Counted from the stretch's first letter, positions 27,650 through 43,507 are shown. The stretch: DNA of 64,000 nt from Bugula neritina (GCA_964035545.1 OZ037772.1:5522233-5586232); one strand, 5' to 3'. The notes: generated from the letters alone by a model not told the origin. A program made the numbers and translations.

Positions 27650-28046
27650 GGTTCATTTTATTTAAGTTAGTACATACTGAAGATCTCAAGTTTTTGCTAA
27701 TGAACATGAGTTTTGGCCCGAAACTAAAAAAATATCAATAAATACACTTAAATAATCAAGGCTCTTTTTAATTTTCTTTGATTTCCTATGCTTTTTTCTA
27801 ATTACAGCAACTTCTGACTGCGGATCGCCACGGTTAGTTTGTAACAGTAGGCAATCCAAATGAAATGAATAAATAGGAAAAAACATGAGAAATCATGCAA
27901 AATTAAAAAGAACCTTGAATATTTAGGTGTATTTCTTGATGTCTCACTAATTTTAAGCAAAAAGCATTGTTCATTAGCAGCTAAATTGTAAAAATGGCTA
28001 AAAACTGCAGATTTCCAGTGTGTACTAAATTAGATAAAAGGACTCA
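27650..28046. mobile_element. Foldback/MITE-like palindromic element
   Basis: Arms TTAGTACATACTGAAGATCTCAAGTTTTT...AAAAACTGCAGATTTCCAGTGTGTACTAA and ATCAATAAATACACTTAAATAATCAAGG...CCTTGAATATTTAGGTGTATTTCTTGAT. A second copy is at 57690-58030. Confidence 0.75.
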
Positions 28047-30099
28047 ATCACCTTTGCAACATAATTCAATAATTGCATGGTCAAGCAGAATAAACTACAA
28101 TTAACAGCAACAACAGTGTAATAGTTGCGTAGAAAAGTTGTACTGCAAAAAACTAAAAGAATGCAAAATCTATAAATGTGTGCTACCAAGTAAATGCTGA
28201 ACAGACATCATGAAATAGTGTACAAAATACAAACTATTAAACTTACCTGTTGATCTAATGCAGCCAAAACCTTAAGCTTAGAGTAGTGGAATGGTGCTGT
28301 TTGATGTTGATATGCTACAAGTAGCTAAGATGACTCAAATTCTTGCCTTTAGGAGTAAGAGGCCTCAGCTCAGTTTCAACAAAACTTCCAATAATCTCAA
28401 TTAGGAGCCACAACAAAGCACACCCATGTCATTTTAGTAAACTCTAAAAAATGAACGGAAATAAAACTGTTAGAGAGTAAACAGAGAAACATATAGTGAT
28501 GGGGGAAAAACCTGTCAGCAAAGGTTATATACACTCATAGTCATAACACGAAGAAAAAGATAATGAATAACAAGCTATTCAAGATGACACAAGAAACCAA
28601 ACAAATTTCTTTGACTAAAAAATATAATTAAATACTATATTACTTGGCAAAAAATATTTGTTTTGAACAACGTATTATTGGGAAGAATTACCAGTGTCTT
28701 AAATTTTGAGATTAAAGTTTCTGCCTTATAGCGGAAATAGAGAGGCAATCAATAGTGTACAAAACATGTTTTCAGTCATTGGCTGTTGACTAAATTGACA
28801 AAGTTAAAGAAAGCTTCCATATCATTATTTATTTTGTTCTCAAGTGTGTGGTTACAGTTTCATGAGTCAGAAATATAATTATTTGAGATATGAAATCAAA
28901 TGTAGTCAAAAGAGTGTCATACAATTTAAAATGTAGTAATAGAGCTTTGACAATAATTTCTTCTGCTAAGTAAAACAGGTACCATTATGTGCTACTTATC
29001 TTTTAGAGATGAACATCAAGGATGTTGAAAACAAAATAGTTGTAAATTACAGCAAATACCTTTCTACTTACCTAACCAGAGAAAATAAGTTTTCAACCTT
29101 GCATGCACTCAGCTGGTTTTCAATGTTTGGATCAGTGACATCTTTATAACTGATAGCAGCATTATGTGATAGCTTTAGGAATTGTTACCTTAAATCTAAA
29201 TTATATAGAACAAGAAGTGCAAAAATATGGCATTAGTACTCATTGCACAATACACACTTGCTAGAGTAGCTAATCTAGCATCACATTAATTTAAGAAAGA
29301 CAAAATTTTATTACTGTTCACAAATGATGAATATTAAAATTTGAATAATTAGACAAATTAACAATGATATTGATGTTAGTTCAAACATTACTAATGGTAA
29401 ACACCAAAATACTAATAGGAATAGTCATGTTAACATCAATTAGAAAAGTAAAGATAATTTGAAAATGAGACAGTTTATAGGTCTAACTCTTATAGTTGAC
29501 AAGCAATTACAGGGCAGTCATATTGATGTAGGCTACCCTCAAAATGTAGCACTTTAAAAATATTAAAAAGACAGCACATATAAGAACATAATCTTAAAAA
29601 TAGGCATATGTGACACCTATATTTTGATTACCAAAGAAATCTTCTTTACTTTATTAATCTAGCTCATATAATGGTATTCTGTCTTAGTATGTTATTTTAA
29701 TACTTGAAATCTAATCAGCTACAGAAAAGTACTTCAATTCAAAGGCCTTCATAATTATTCTTTAGTTTGCTATTTAACTAGACAGTAAGGTTGATGAATA
29801 AAATAAAAGTTAGTAAAGTAAAAACTAAATAAATTGAGAATAATATCTCCACTCTAAGGTTATAATCCTTATAAATTAACATTTTAATACTCCTGTTATC
29901 CTTAGGTATAGTTGTTAGCAATTTAACTATGAGCTCAAAGCCAAATGTCAGTATCAGCATCCCCATTACATTGACTAAGACTGACTTTATAACTCTCAAG
30001 CTGTGGCACTCAATTTCTATAAGTAGTAACTAATAACAAATATAAAATTATTTATTTGCTACTGATAGTGATAATAATAATAATTAAAAATAATAATAT

Positions 30100-33058
30100 G
30101 ATCCATTAAAATAGAACTAATAAAGCCAACGACGTTAATGGTATGTCTAACTAAACATGGCATGTCTCGTCTGGCAGTGGGTATGTGGAGGGCCAGGCAA
30201 CCTACGGCCGTCAACCCGTTAATGGCACAACTAGAAGAAGATACTCAAGAGAAGACAACAAAGTTGTCATGAAATGCTGCTTCAAAAGTACACCCAAATT
30301 GAGAGGTTATAGAAAAACAATGTATGAGCTCTGTAGACCCGGATCAAAGAATTATTTAAAAAGAATGTGCAAACGCTGGAAAACAGAGGAGAGTTTAACA
30401 TCAGCAAATAGAGACTAGCGGATTAAGCAAGAACTATGAAGAAACACAAGCATTTTATGGAAGAAGAACTCCATAAGATTGAAGAAGGAACCTTGCAAGA
30501 ACTAGGCACATCAATTGGTGAAGAAGATAATGAAGAGCTAAATTTGCAAATAGAGGATGTTATAGTACAACATGAGATAGCATATAAATCAGCCATGAGA
30601 ATTTTAAGAGTACCTAGTTCAGAGGTAGAAAAAGTGTTAGTAGAAAAATTATAAATGAGCATAACAAACTATCTAATGATCGACCAACACTAAGAGCCCT
30701 TAGGCACATTGAGAGGGTCAAATTACTACAGGCAGTAAAACAGATTAATGATGTGCTAAACTGTGTTGAGATTATCAATACCATCGAGCTTAATAACACC
30801 ACCATGGCTTGTGCGAAAAATAGTAACAGAACAAGTGTGTAACAAAAAGGAAAAAGAAAAACTGACAATGTACAAGTATGGAAAATACGACTGCAGAAGA
30901 AATAAAAAGAAATTAGATCAGACTTAAGTAAAATAGCAGAGTGAAAAAGTAGAGCTTACAATGATTCATTGAGAAGAATGGTTGAAGAAAAATATAGGAT
31001 AAAGAACAAAGAGTGTGGTGTAGTGATTGAAAAACTGAAGCAAAACCTGAGAGCTGTAAGCCAGAAGATAAACAGATATACATAATGAGTTGATCAATAT
31101 AATCAGAACACAATGTTTACAATGATAAGCGCTTTTATCAAGAATTACGAGGAAATGAATGTACATCTAAAGAGGCACCTGACAAGGAAATCAAAAGCAT
31201 TCTGATAAAATATATGGGGTCAGCCAACTAAAAATAATACCAATGCAGAATGACTAAATAAAGTTAGCAACAAATTGCAGCATATGTAAAGACAAGGAAA
31301 TTAGATCTTAGAAACGATGCAAACAACTGGAATAGCAATTAATGTCATAAGGCTGATAAGAAAAAGCATGAAACCTGGAAAACACAACTGAAATACCTGG
31401 AAGAAAAGATAGGAGAAATAAAGATCAAACTAAGAATTTTCCAAGGAGACTCTTTATCTCTATCCTTTTTCTCCAACTACCGATTCGCATGACAGAAGCG
31501 GCTCAATGATGCAAATTTCGACGAGACAGAAAACAAACCATCTCCTATATGTGGATGACCTGAAGGTAAATAGGAAATCAAAGTCAGAACTGGAAGCTTT
31601 GGTAAACACTGCCGGGATCTTCACAAGGAATATAGAAATGAAATTTGGATTAAAAAATGTGCCACACTGGTTATGAGAAAGGGAAAGAAAATCAAGGACA
31701 CAGGAATCAGTTTGCCTGATGAACAGGTAACCAAAGATCTGGGTGAGAAGCCGTATAAATATCTAGGAGTTTTTGAGATTGATAGAATACAAATATATGA
31801 AATGAAAAATAAGATCAAGGAGTACTACGAACAAATAAGAAAAGTTCTGGATTCAAAACTGAATGGTGAGAACACAATCAAAGCAATAAACACATAGGCA
31901 GTAACAGCAGTGCATTACACAGCTAGAATACTTGACTGAACTGTTTCATGAGCTAAAAAATATGGACTGAAAGACAAGGAAGCTAATGGCAACAAACCGT
32001 GCACCCTATCCGAGAGCAGATGTAGGCAGGCTGTATTTTAGCAGAAGGGAAGGCGGTAGAAGAATGTTGTCAACTGAAAAATGCATAAAGATTGAAAACT
32101 GCAGCATGTCAGACTACATAAATATAACATAGACTGATAGAAACACCACACTGAATACCTTCCTAAAAGACAAAACGGCGGTAGAACTAAATAATGATAA
32201 AGTGATAGAAAGAACTGATGAGTGTAAAGAAAAGCTTCACGTGGTCAATACATCAAAATGGTGGAAGACATGAAAGCATTTTCCTGGAACTGGTTGAAGT
32301 ATGGTTGGCTGAAAAAGGAAACAGAAGGACTGCTGACAGCTGCGCAAGATCAACTATTCACTACTAGAAATTATAAAGTGGCTATGATGAGAGAACAGGG
32401 TAGCAAGAGAAGTTTGGAATGTGTAACGCAAGAGACAAAACTTCGATGCACGTATTGAGTGAGTTTGAGAAAATAGCAGAAGGAGAATATAAGAAAAAAC
32501 ACAACCTTTTGGCATTGATAATTTCAATAGTAGTTGTGTGAACTTCGTGGGTTTCAGAAAAGTAAGAATTGGTACGGCCATCAAGCAGAATCAGTACTGG
32601 AAAATGATAATGTAAAAACCTTGTAAGATTTTAACATACACACTGACGTAGTCATCAAAGTTAGGAGACCCGATATATTAGTAGTTGACAAGCATAATGC
32701 TGAAACAACGATAATTGATATCACAGTCCCTGTTAACTACAGAGTAAAAGAAAAAAATTCGAAAAGTTAGGAAAATATCAGAATTTAGCACTAGAATAAA
32801 CCCGCCTTTGGAAAACATCAAAAAAGTCATTCCGTTGTAACTGGAGCCTTTGGAGCTTTATACAAGATTGTAGACTGGCTGACACTACTTGGAGTAGCTG
32901 AAAACAAATGCTCATTAATTCAGCAGACACCCTTACTAGGATCAGGATAAGCTCACATCCTGAGGAAAGTTCTATCCATTTCAGCCTAGTATAACTAGGC
33001 CAATGGTAAAAGGTTACACCGGCTAAAAAACTACGGTCAATCAACAATTATAATAATA
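30100..33058 (+). mobile_element. Decayed R4/Dong-clade non-LTR retrotransposon, copy 2 (with N-terminal region), internally deleted
   Basis: N-terminal RRRYSREDNKVVMKCCFKSTPKLRGYRKTM, then the same RT/RLE motifs as 1-2621. Flanked by TAA-rich runs at ~30070-30097 and ~33046-33058. Confidence 0.85.
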
Positions 33059-34366
33059 TACAACTATATTAGTGCAGTTGGTTCTATTATTAGATTAGCA
33101 TATCGATTATGACTTTTCGATTGCCACCCTGATACTATGAGTAAAATGTACAAGCATACGTGAAAGTATAGATATGATCATAAGTATAAAAATAGGTATA
33201 AGTATAAATATAAATATAGGTACAAGTATAAAACGAATGATTATATTATTAATAATATTAGTCAGTGATACCTATAACCGTAATGGTTTTTAGACTTACA
33301 GTTATCATTAACATTAGCTGAGTAATATGATTAGTTAAAATAATGGTATTCATTATTATATCATAGTTATAAGTTATAACTCTAGTCTCTAAAGAGCAAC
33401 AGCAAGTGTAATTGGGATATTCATATTAAATTTCATATTCACATAGTGCAATGTTTATGTTATGAACTAATTTATTCCTTCAACATTTAACTATAAATAT
33501 GATTAACACTAACTTTGACCAGCAGTATTACTAAAAGAAGCGTTTTACACATATAAGATAATAAAATTCTAGTAGTAGGACTAATAGTATTACTAGGTCC
33601 AGTATTATTCTTGTTATCTTATTCATCATTCATGAGTTATCAAATTTAAAATTACTACTTATTAGCATCAGCATATAAAAAGTAAGATCATTAGGAATAA
33701 TTATCATGAGGTATGATCTATGATTTGCATTATCCATATATAGTTTAATATCAATATGATATATTATTATTGCTGATAGTCTATGTTATAGTTAAATTTA
33801 TACTTATCTTTACAGTTACCAATAGTAGCACTTATTAGTTATTTGTGGTAGCCAAACTAATGTTTAATATTAATAAATTAAACTGAGTATCATAAAAGTG
33901 TTACTAAGAATTTTAATTATAATCGTAATGGTGATCATATTACTTTATTATAATTATTATATTTTATCATTAATGCTAAACTGAATTAATGTATATACTT
34001 TGAGTTTTACTATTAGTCATTATATTTACACTTATAGTAAAACTAAATATGTAAAAGTTATACTTATACTATTATTATTCGTATTTCATTAGACTTACAT
34101 CTAAGATCGCGGTCCTATTACTACTACCACTGGTACTAGTACTACAACTAGTACTAGTACTGCTACTAGTACTGTTACTACTACTACTACTAGTACTACT
34201 ACTAGGTCTACTACTGTACTAGTACAACTACAAACTTTGAAAATAACTGCAAGAAAGGTATGACTTACTCTTTTTCTTAGTCTTACTGTGACTTTCAGTC
34301 GTAATGTAAAATAAAATTGTGAACTGTAAAGTTAAACCCAAGGCTGAAATTTATTTAATTAAATTT

Positions 34367-34930
34367 AGACAATCTGAATCATTGGCTCAATCCTTGAGTT
34401 TGACTATTACTATTATTATTAGATTCAGTGTTACGATTGTGATTATCATTGGCATTATGCCATTATCATTATGATTGTAATTGTGGTAATTCTAACATTA
34501 ATTATAATCATAAATTAAAAGGTAATGATTAATGATAATTATTTTCATTTTGTAATCATAATGATAATCATAATGACGTAAATTTTGATGTAAAACCAAA
34601 ATACTAAAACTAAAAGTAAAAGTTATAAAATTAAATGATAAAATAAAGACAATCTGAATCATTGGCTCAATCCTTGAGTTTGACTATTACTATTATTATT
34701 AGATTTAGTGTTACGATTGTGATTATCATTGGCATTATGCCATTATCATTATGATTGTAATTGTGGTAATTCTAACATTAATTATAATCATAAATTAAAA
34801 GGTAATGATTAATGATAATTATTTTCATTTTGTAATCATAATGATAATCATAATGACGTAAATTTTGATGTAAAACCAAAATACTAAAACTAAAAGTAAA
34901 AGTAAAAGTTATAAAATTAGATGATAAAAT
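34367..34930. repeat. 280-bp tandem duplication private to copy 2
   Basis: AGACAATCTGAATCATTGGCTCAATCC starts at 34367 and 34647; single copy at ~3948 in copy 1. Confidence 0.9.
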
Positions 34931-37900
34931 TTAAATATTATAACGATAATTATTTTATTTATTATATTATTATTGAATATATTATTTCATTAGAAAATAG
35001 GTTGCAGCTTAGCATGATTAAAATTCAGTAAAAATTAGTTTACCAACAGCAAACATGCATGCGTCTTGTCAACATTCAATTCGTAGTGCCATAGCGAAGC
35101 CAGATTACTGGTAGTACGACTACTAGAACTACTACTACTAGTGATGGATTACAGATCCTTGGCGATTTTAGCTGTAAGTGACCTTCACCTCACATTCTCG
35201 TCATGTGCGCGGCATTAGACTAAGTAGAGGGTATAAAGCACTGAGCTGGAAAAGAAATATATTTTAATTATAGGTAATACTAATAGTAATATAATTTATG
35301 GTAATATATAGGTAATATTATTGAGTTCATTGGTATGGAGTATAAACCTATCACTGATAGTATCAGTATCAACTACCACTTACGTACTACTTCAACTTAT
35401 AACTTACCTTCAACTCAAACTGCTTGGAATCATTTGTCTTCGATCATATTGATATTGGCATTGTCATTGTCATTGTGATTGTAATAACTATTAATATTTT
35501 TAGTTCAACATCAATGCCGAACATATTGTAATAACTAATAAGATAATCATAAGGTTGATATATTTTGCTAATACTAATAGTTATAGTTATAGTAATTCAG
35601 TGTCACTCTCACTCTGGTGGAGTGAGACTCAGACTTAGAGTTAGAGACAGAGTGAGTCCGAGTAAGTCTGAGTGTTGGTAATAGTAATAGTCATATAAAT
35701 TTAAATTATATTTACTTATTTCTAGCAATCACAATGGCAATAGTTATAGTAACTTTCACTTACTCTTAAATCATTGAACCTGAACTAAAAGTAAAATTAA
35801 GCATTATGATTAATATTATGATTATCATTATGATTATACCTATGATTTTATTATGTTTAAATTAAAAATCAATATCATGATAATATCATAGTGATAGACA
35901 TATTATTGATAAATGATAATATAAAAGTAATTTGATAAATTATACATTGATTTTGAATTAAGGTGATACTGATACTAGACCGGTACTGAAAGTGATAGTA
36001 ATACTAATAGTAATAGTAATAGTCATATAAATTTAAGTTATATTTGCTCATTACCGGCAATCACAATGGCAATAGTAACTTAAACTGTAGCAGTAATGGT
36101 ATGGGTATGTTTGAAATTGTCACTATCAATATTGCTATGAATCAAATTATAATGCTATCATACCAATAATTTAAAATAGTATTACAAAGTTTCAGTAGCA
36201 ACTTTTACTTGTACCAGTTTGGAATTTTGAATTTTACATATTCTTAGTTAAAGTCTTCAAGTTTATTGTCAAAATGAACTTGAAATTAAAGACTTAGTAG
36301 TAAAAATTAAACTAAGACTGACTGTAAGTGACTAAGATTAAAAATAAGTAATTTTAAATATCGATTTAGTATTTTTCTTACTCTTTGTCTTAAAATTGAC
36401 TTTTATTTTGCACCTACTCCTGGTCAATGATTCTTTTTTCTATTTATATTACTATTGCTATTAGTATAATTGACTTAAATTTAATAATAGATATGATTAT
36501 ATCTTTATAAATGTGATATTTGATTTTATGAATAGTAATTCGAAAACTCTTTGGTATTATTTATTTTTGATCATTGTAGTTATTATCATTATATTTGTAT
36601 AATAATTATGATTATCAAATTCAATATCGATATTTGTATTATGGTATGGATATCTGCCTCCATCCCATATTCTGTTTTGCAGTGCCTTTTTACATTCACG
36701 TCTAGGTTCACATTGCGATGGTCATACTGATAGCACTTGGGGACAGTGATGAGCATAATGATTATCACTAATATTAAGATTATCGTTATTAGGATTTAGA
36801 ATAATTTAATAAACAAGCAACTTAAAACAAATGTTTTTACTAATATACATATTAGTTACTAATATAAATATACTACTATGAATATCATAATTATTATACT
36901 TTACAATTCAAAGTAAGATAATCATAATACGAACTGGTAAAACTAAATATAAAGTAAATGTAATAATACTAATAGTAATTATCCATTCCCCTTTGGTTTC
37001 ACATACTAGTAATTGGAAACCTCTGTCCTAATATTATTTCTATTAATATTGCTCAAAGTTTGATCCCTATTTAATTTTATAGTTCACTCACCAGCTACAT
37101 AATTTTATTAAAATACATGTAGTATTGGTTATAGTACTAGTGAAACTTGAAGTTGAATGGCATGCTTATTACTCACTGCTCTTTGCTTACATTATTAGGG
37201 TTACTCTTTAGTCTTAGAGATACCCTAACATAAACTTGAAAGCTGGAGGTAGTACTAGTCTAGTGCTGTGTTAATCCTACACTGTTGACTTATCAACACT
37301 GTGACTATAATTATGACTCCTAATTCAAAGTCATTTTCATATAGTAGTAATCACTATGACAGACTGAAAGTCAGGAAGACTAAATATAATGGTAAAGTGT
37401 GTAAGAATAAATCATACTTAATCAATTACTTTTAGTTTTGTTACCAGTGTTGGGTCAACTTTCAGAATAAAGAATAAATATAATTATAAAGATAAATGGA
37501 TAAAAATTCCAATCATGGTTTAATGTGCCTATTTTAAGCTGTTAATTTAATTACTATAATATAAGTGCTCAAAATACAACTTTTGATTTTCATAATTATG
37601 TTTTAATTTAATACAGATACCATAGTATCATATACAGTAGAATCAGTTGTATCTTATTTAATAATGAAGTAACTTATTGGAGCTTTCACAGTTATTAATT
37701 ATTCACTTGTTAGTCTTTGAACTAGGACAATGTTTGAAACTTGAAGTAGAATGAAGTTTGATTTCAGTTACCGCAATGGTATCTGCAGTCACAATAGGAA
37801 TACGCATATAACTATGTTTATATTTGTGAAAAATATATAGTCAAAACTAGATAAGGTAATAGTAATTATAATTGGTTTCACTTTTAATATATTCCTATAA

Positions 37901-39057
37901 ACTGGACAATAGACAGAAGCATTTAATCATGAAAGTAAACCTAGTGGAAGTAAATCAATTCACTAAGTATAGTAAAATATTTACTATTCAGTAAGTTTAT
38001 TTACTTTAGTTAATTGTACTTGATTATTTCTGTCGGTTTTTCAGTTGATTTTTCTACCTTTTGCTATAGCATATCAAACTACCACAAAGTCATGCTTCCG
38101 TATTACAATTATAAACATAGTGTTACTGTGTAATGTTATAGTAATGTAATAGTAATATTTGGATCATTGTAAGTATTTCTGTTGTTGTACTGATTGATAA
38201 ATATTTTTTAGCTTGCATGGATATTTGCAACGATCAAGATGTCATTTGAACCTGGACTGGAATAAAGATGGCAAATCGAGAAGCTAGCTACAATTATTCT
38301 GCAGAAAGAAACTTGGTAAGCAAAAATAAGCTGCAGCATTAAGCAGTAAGCAATATGACGATGAACTTTGCTTGATTTTGATTGACCTTAAAATATCTGG
38401 TCACCTTTCACCAACGTGGTCCTGCGCGGGTGGCGGGTGACCTTAAAATGTCTGTTGCGCGTAAAATAAATTTTGTGACAGTCAAAAGTATGCTGACCTT
38501 TTTTGTATTTCAGTGCATCGGTGTCTTAGCTTAAGAGCTGAACCCAACAATTATGATCTAAAGCTGTTTTTTACTAGAAAGTGATTTTACTGTCTTTCTG
38601 ATTATTCTTGGTTTTTCAGCTTGATGAATTGAATAAATGGATTTGATTTCGGGTATTATGTAATGGGTGAAAGAAATTTTTCTTAAATTTGTACTGAGCA
38701 ATTTTTGCTATTGCTATGATGTTTAGTGATAAAATTGCACCCTTAATAACCCTGAAAACTTTCATTACTAGCATTTGTTTATGTTCATTTTTAGGAAATT
38801 AAAATGAAGACACAACTCACCGATGCTATCTCACTGTGCCTGCATCCAGCTTATCTAAAAAGGTACTCCTATTAGCTGGCTCTTGCCCAATACCTGGTTG
38901 TCTCTGTAACTATTTTTTGCTCGCAGATAAGTTTTTCGAACTTGACATTTTATTGATTTTGAAAGTTATAGTGAGATTTGAACTTGCTAGCATTGTTTTT
39001 AAAGACTTGCTGCAGTTTTTATCAACATTTTTTAAGTCAATGGTGTTAGTTTGGAAG

Positions 39058-39345
39058 CTCTCTCACTCCTCTCTCTGTCTCTTTTTCCCACACCTTCCAC
39101 TCAACCTCTCTCTCTTTCTCTCCCTCTCTCCCACCCTCCCTCTCTCCCACCCTCTGTCTCTCCCACCTTCTCCCTCTCTCTCCCACTCTCCGTCTCTCCC
39201 ACCTTCTCTCTCTCCTAACCTTTCTCTCTTCCCTTTTCCACTATCTCTCTGACTCTCTCCCTTTCTCTCTTCTACCCCATCTCTTTTCCATCCTCTCTCC
39301 TAACCTTTCTCTCCCACCCCCCCTCTCCCACTCTCTTTCTCTCTC
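39058..39345. repeat. CT-rich low-complexity tract (copy 2)
   Basis: Paralogue of 13220-13523 with small indels. Confidence 0.9.
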
Positions 39346-42300
39346 TAGTTTGCATGGCTTTACCCAATTTTGGTTTATTTTTTTATTTTGTTTCAGAGTG
39401 TCCAAAAGGAAAGCTAAAATTTATTTAATATATATTATACCAACTTGAGCTTTACATATAATATCAAATAAATGCTGTGTTTTGTTAAAACAATGTTTGC
39501 AACTTTGTAGTATATTCAAATTCATAATTTATTTGTAGAGTCACACAACAAGACACTACTCTGACACACTCACAAGTTGCCACTGATCCAGCAGTATAGA
39601 TGATTGTTTTCTCCACTGGCTATGCTGTCACCCTTTACTGTTGTGGTGTTTGAAACAAACCAATTGTTTGCCTACGCAGATTAGGGTGAGAAAAAAAGTG
39701 AGAAATGAAAGCTGTTTTTAATGCCAACTACACTTAGTTTTTATTGAATGAAAAACAAAGTGAAATCATTAGTTATTCGTTAAATGACTAAATCACTGTT
39801 TATAAAGATGAAACACAAATAATCTTATAATATGCTAATGAAATTTGGCTTTCAAATAGCTTTTTTCTGTATATTTGTTGAGGAAGTTTATCTTCAACAA
39901 AACTTCGTAGCTGTTGAATATGTGGAGAGTATTTTATATTGCATAAATTTATAGAGTAAAAGGTTCTCATCAAACTTTTACAACTTAGCTCATCTACGGT
40001 TTAAAAGTGTGAGTCACCCTTCACACTAGAGTTTTATAAAGTTTTAATGAATGTGCAGTATTTTATAAAATATTGTGTGTCTCGTAAATTTAGCTATTTC
40101 TACCTTTTCAGTGAGATTGGAGTAAACACACCTCAAAATTCACATCTGGTATCACATTGATTTATCGCAAGTCAAAGTACACCTACTAACTCTTCTTTCC
40201 TTAATACCTGCTTGCTTTTGCACTTCTACTCATTTCATATACCTAACATTTCTCTTCCAGATGAATTACATCTTTTAAGTTGTAAAAGCCTTAAATAGCA
40301 TGAAATTAATGAGGTTTAAACCGTGGCCACACTAACTATTGATGCGTTTATTGATGGGTTAAATTACACGAAAATATTGTCTCTTTCTTTTTAGTTTCAC
40401 CTAAAGTATTACATACTATTGATGGAGGCTTTGCTGAAGTTTTTGGGTGATGATTTGTCAATAATTTTCCAGAGAAGATGATGCCATGGTGGCTGGCATC
40501 ATTATGCAGTTTCCAAATTTCTTTCGGCTTTGCTCTAGTGAAAATTTTGGAAAACAATCAAAAAAAAGGTTTGTACCATAAACGAAGTTATTGTGTGCGT
40601 GTTGCCAAAGCATAAAGTGTGCTGGACATTTTTAGGTTTCTGTTGAGATGCGTTTTTGCTTTTCCTGCATGAAAAAAGTTCCAGTTTCAGTTAATATCAC
40701 TAGCGGAGTGCCCACCTATATTTTAAATCATATTGATGCATAAGTTCTTTTTGTAATATTAAAAGTATAACTTGCTTAATTGCTATTCAATGCCCTTTGA
40801 AGTTTCCAACTGTAATTAATTAGTTGATTTGGCAGCATAGTATCGATGATTGATGAAGGCAGCCGATATAATTATAAGCATAAATATCTATATCTACATG
40901 AAGATGTCATTCCCAATGATTGTTATTCTGAAATCAGCTGATTAAGTTATCACAAACTAAACATTTTGACCAGCGGCTTGCAATGCAACTCGGTGAAATT
41001 TCAGACCTAGATAAATTGAATTTCTTACTCAAAATCGTGAAGGTATTAAAGTTTAAAGTGAAAGTTTAAAGGGTCATCTCTATGCGAATTCTAATAGCAT
41101 GGTGCCAATTAGACTTGAAAAAATTTCAAGGCACTATAAAGCACTAAGCCCATTCTTACAAGTAGTTTCAAAGTGCACTGGAATTTCAGTTTACTTGTCA
41201 TTGTATAGAATCCTGATCTACACTATATAGCATTCACTATTGCCTGCTTCTTCTAAGCATCTATAATGTATTAACTACAGTTTGCTTTGAGAAGTGAATT
41301 TCTACTTGGTATTTTTTCCTTATCGTTCTGTTGTTTGCCAGTAGTCTTAATTTAATGGATTTTCCCTTTTCAAAAGTGGTTGTGAGAATCAAAACGCATC
41401 ATGCAGCCTGCAACTACACAATCAGTCAGTAATTTCTTCCATTAAAGTAGCTCTTCTGGTTACCCTTGCTCACCTAAAAGCCTGAGCCTCATTCAAATTG
41501 CAAGTTTTTAGAGTTGTTAATTTTTCATGCAATCTTTCATTTTTTTTTGTTAGGCACAAAATTAGTATTCACTAGACCTAATCTTTCATCTGCATGTATG
41601 CCTATTGTTTGTTCATTAAAGAAAAACCTCTGCTGAATATTGAACTAATAATAAAAACGAATTCCCTAAACTAAAAGTAGCAGTGTGATTTTGGTATTAC
41701 AATCAGTTGTTAGCATAGAGTCAAGTTATTGACAGGAATTTTCAAATTGAAATGAATGAATTTCATTGTAAGTCAGCAAGATTTAGTCTAAGTAAACATA
41801 GCATTACATCATGTTCTTATTTAACATTGGTAGAAGGCAACATTTATTTTAAGGACTGTTGTAAACTTAAATGTAATTTTAGGTACTTTCCATGTTTGTT
41901 ATTGTAGATGGTCTTGTTCTTTGGAATGGATGTGACAACTCCTTGTGTCAAACTTAACTGATTGACTACTGAATCCCAATCATGTTTTGCCAAAAAATGT
42001 GAAAACGGAGTGCATGTCTACTTTATTTGAGAAAATATTAAAAATACTTTTGAAACTTCATCTAGCCAAACAATACAACAGTTTCATTTTATTAAAAAAC
42101 ATCATTTGCCCAAAATGTATTATGTAATCGAACAATTTCTAAAAAAAAGTGCTTTCCTCCAGTTTTGCTAATGAATTACATATTTCATTACATGCTTGTC
42201 TTTATAATTTTATTAATTGTTTTTTCTGGTGAGTCAATTAAAGTCAATTCAACCTAGAAAAGTCTGAATTTTAGACTAAATTTCAAGCTAGAATATTCAC

Positions 42301-43507
42301 ATTGTTGTGTTACTTTACTTTTTATATTTTTTGAAATAACTATCTTTTTAGCTTGTGCCTATTCATGATTAGAATAGTATAATAATATTTAACTTTTCTT
42401 CAATTTTAATAGATGAAAATGTTCATCAGTTGGAGTATTCAGTTTAGCTGAATTTTACTTGCTTCTGTGAAAACAATCTTTTGGAGTTGTCTGCCCTCTC
42501 TTTAGGTAATTTTTTGACCTATGGTCAACGCAATAATTATAACTTTTTAAAGATGCTTGTGAACCTAACAATATAGCACAACTATCAAACCACATTATTT
42601 ATTCAATATCTGCATAAAATTTAGCCAATAATCTGCCACCCAATGAGCTTGAAAAGATATTAGAATTCTAGCTCAGTGCTGCCATCAATGTAGATATTTA
42701 TAATGATATAAAGCCAAAACTCATTATTTATAATGATATAAAGCCAAAACTCATTATTGCATGAAATTATCTAACCATTCCTGACGAAGAATCGAGATAA
42801 TAACTCCAAAGTTGGTCAGTTGAAACCACAGCAATAATACTTTAATCCTTATAATTATCAGGTTTAATTTTATACCAAGCCCCAATAAGTACATATCACT
42901 ATGACAACACAGCCTAAGCACCTCCAATGCAAGAAATTTAGTATTGTGGTGCTACAAATCCTCCAGTTACAAATGAGTAGAGCTTTCATGATTATTGGTC
43001 TACCATAATGTTTATTTAGCTGTAGGGACTAGCATAAATGCTATTATATGCGGGAGGTATTTGAAAAGCTTCCAACTCCATCTTCAACTACGGGCTATTA
43101 TAATTATGCCGATAAACGAGATACTACACTCAGACTGCCCTGTTATAGTACTATGATTGGCTACTGCAAAATTTTTGCCGATAGACAACATTTAATTATG
43201 ATGTAATGTATCTCGTATTGGTACATAAGTGTTATGTCTGAGGACGAGATACTGTGAAATTATGCCCTGAGTTATTTGCATTTTCTATAATCCTTGGTTG
43301 ACGAAGCTGCAGCAATATTTGACGTGCAGCCTTATAATTGTTTATGTATTAAAAACAATAAATTATTCTCTACTCAAAATTAACAATGTGTTATAAACTG
43401 TTGAAATATACATACTTATATAAAGATATGAATACTTGAGACCCTAGCTTCACGTTTGGGGATTGAGAGATGCAGCACAAAGTATGTGACCTTTGCTATT
43501 CACAGGT

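Larger units (their letters stand above)
30439..43269. repeat. Segmental duplication, copy 2
   Basis: Colinear with 1-17470, minus the 4379-9238 insertion and plus a private 280-bp tandem duplication. Confidence 0.97.

Noticed and set aside
27190-28445. Minus-strand exon-like segments bounded by AG/GT (~28443-28247, ~27250)
   Set aside because: The frames examined contain stops and show no similarity. A lncRNA is possible but unsupported without RNA data.
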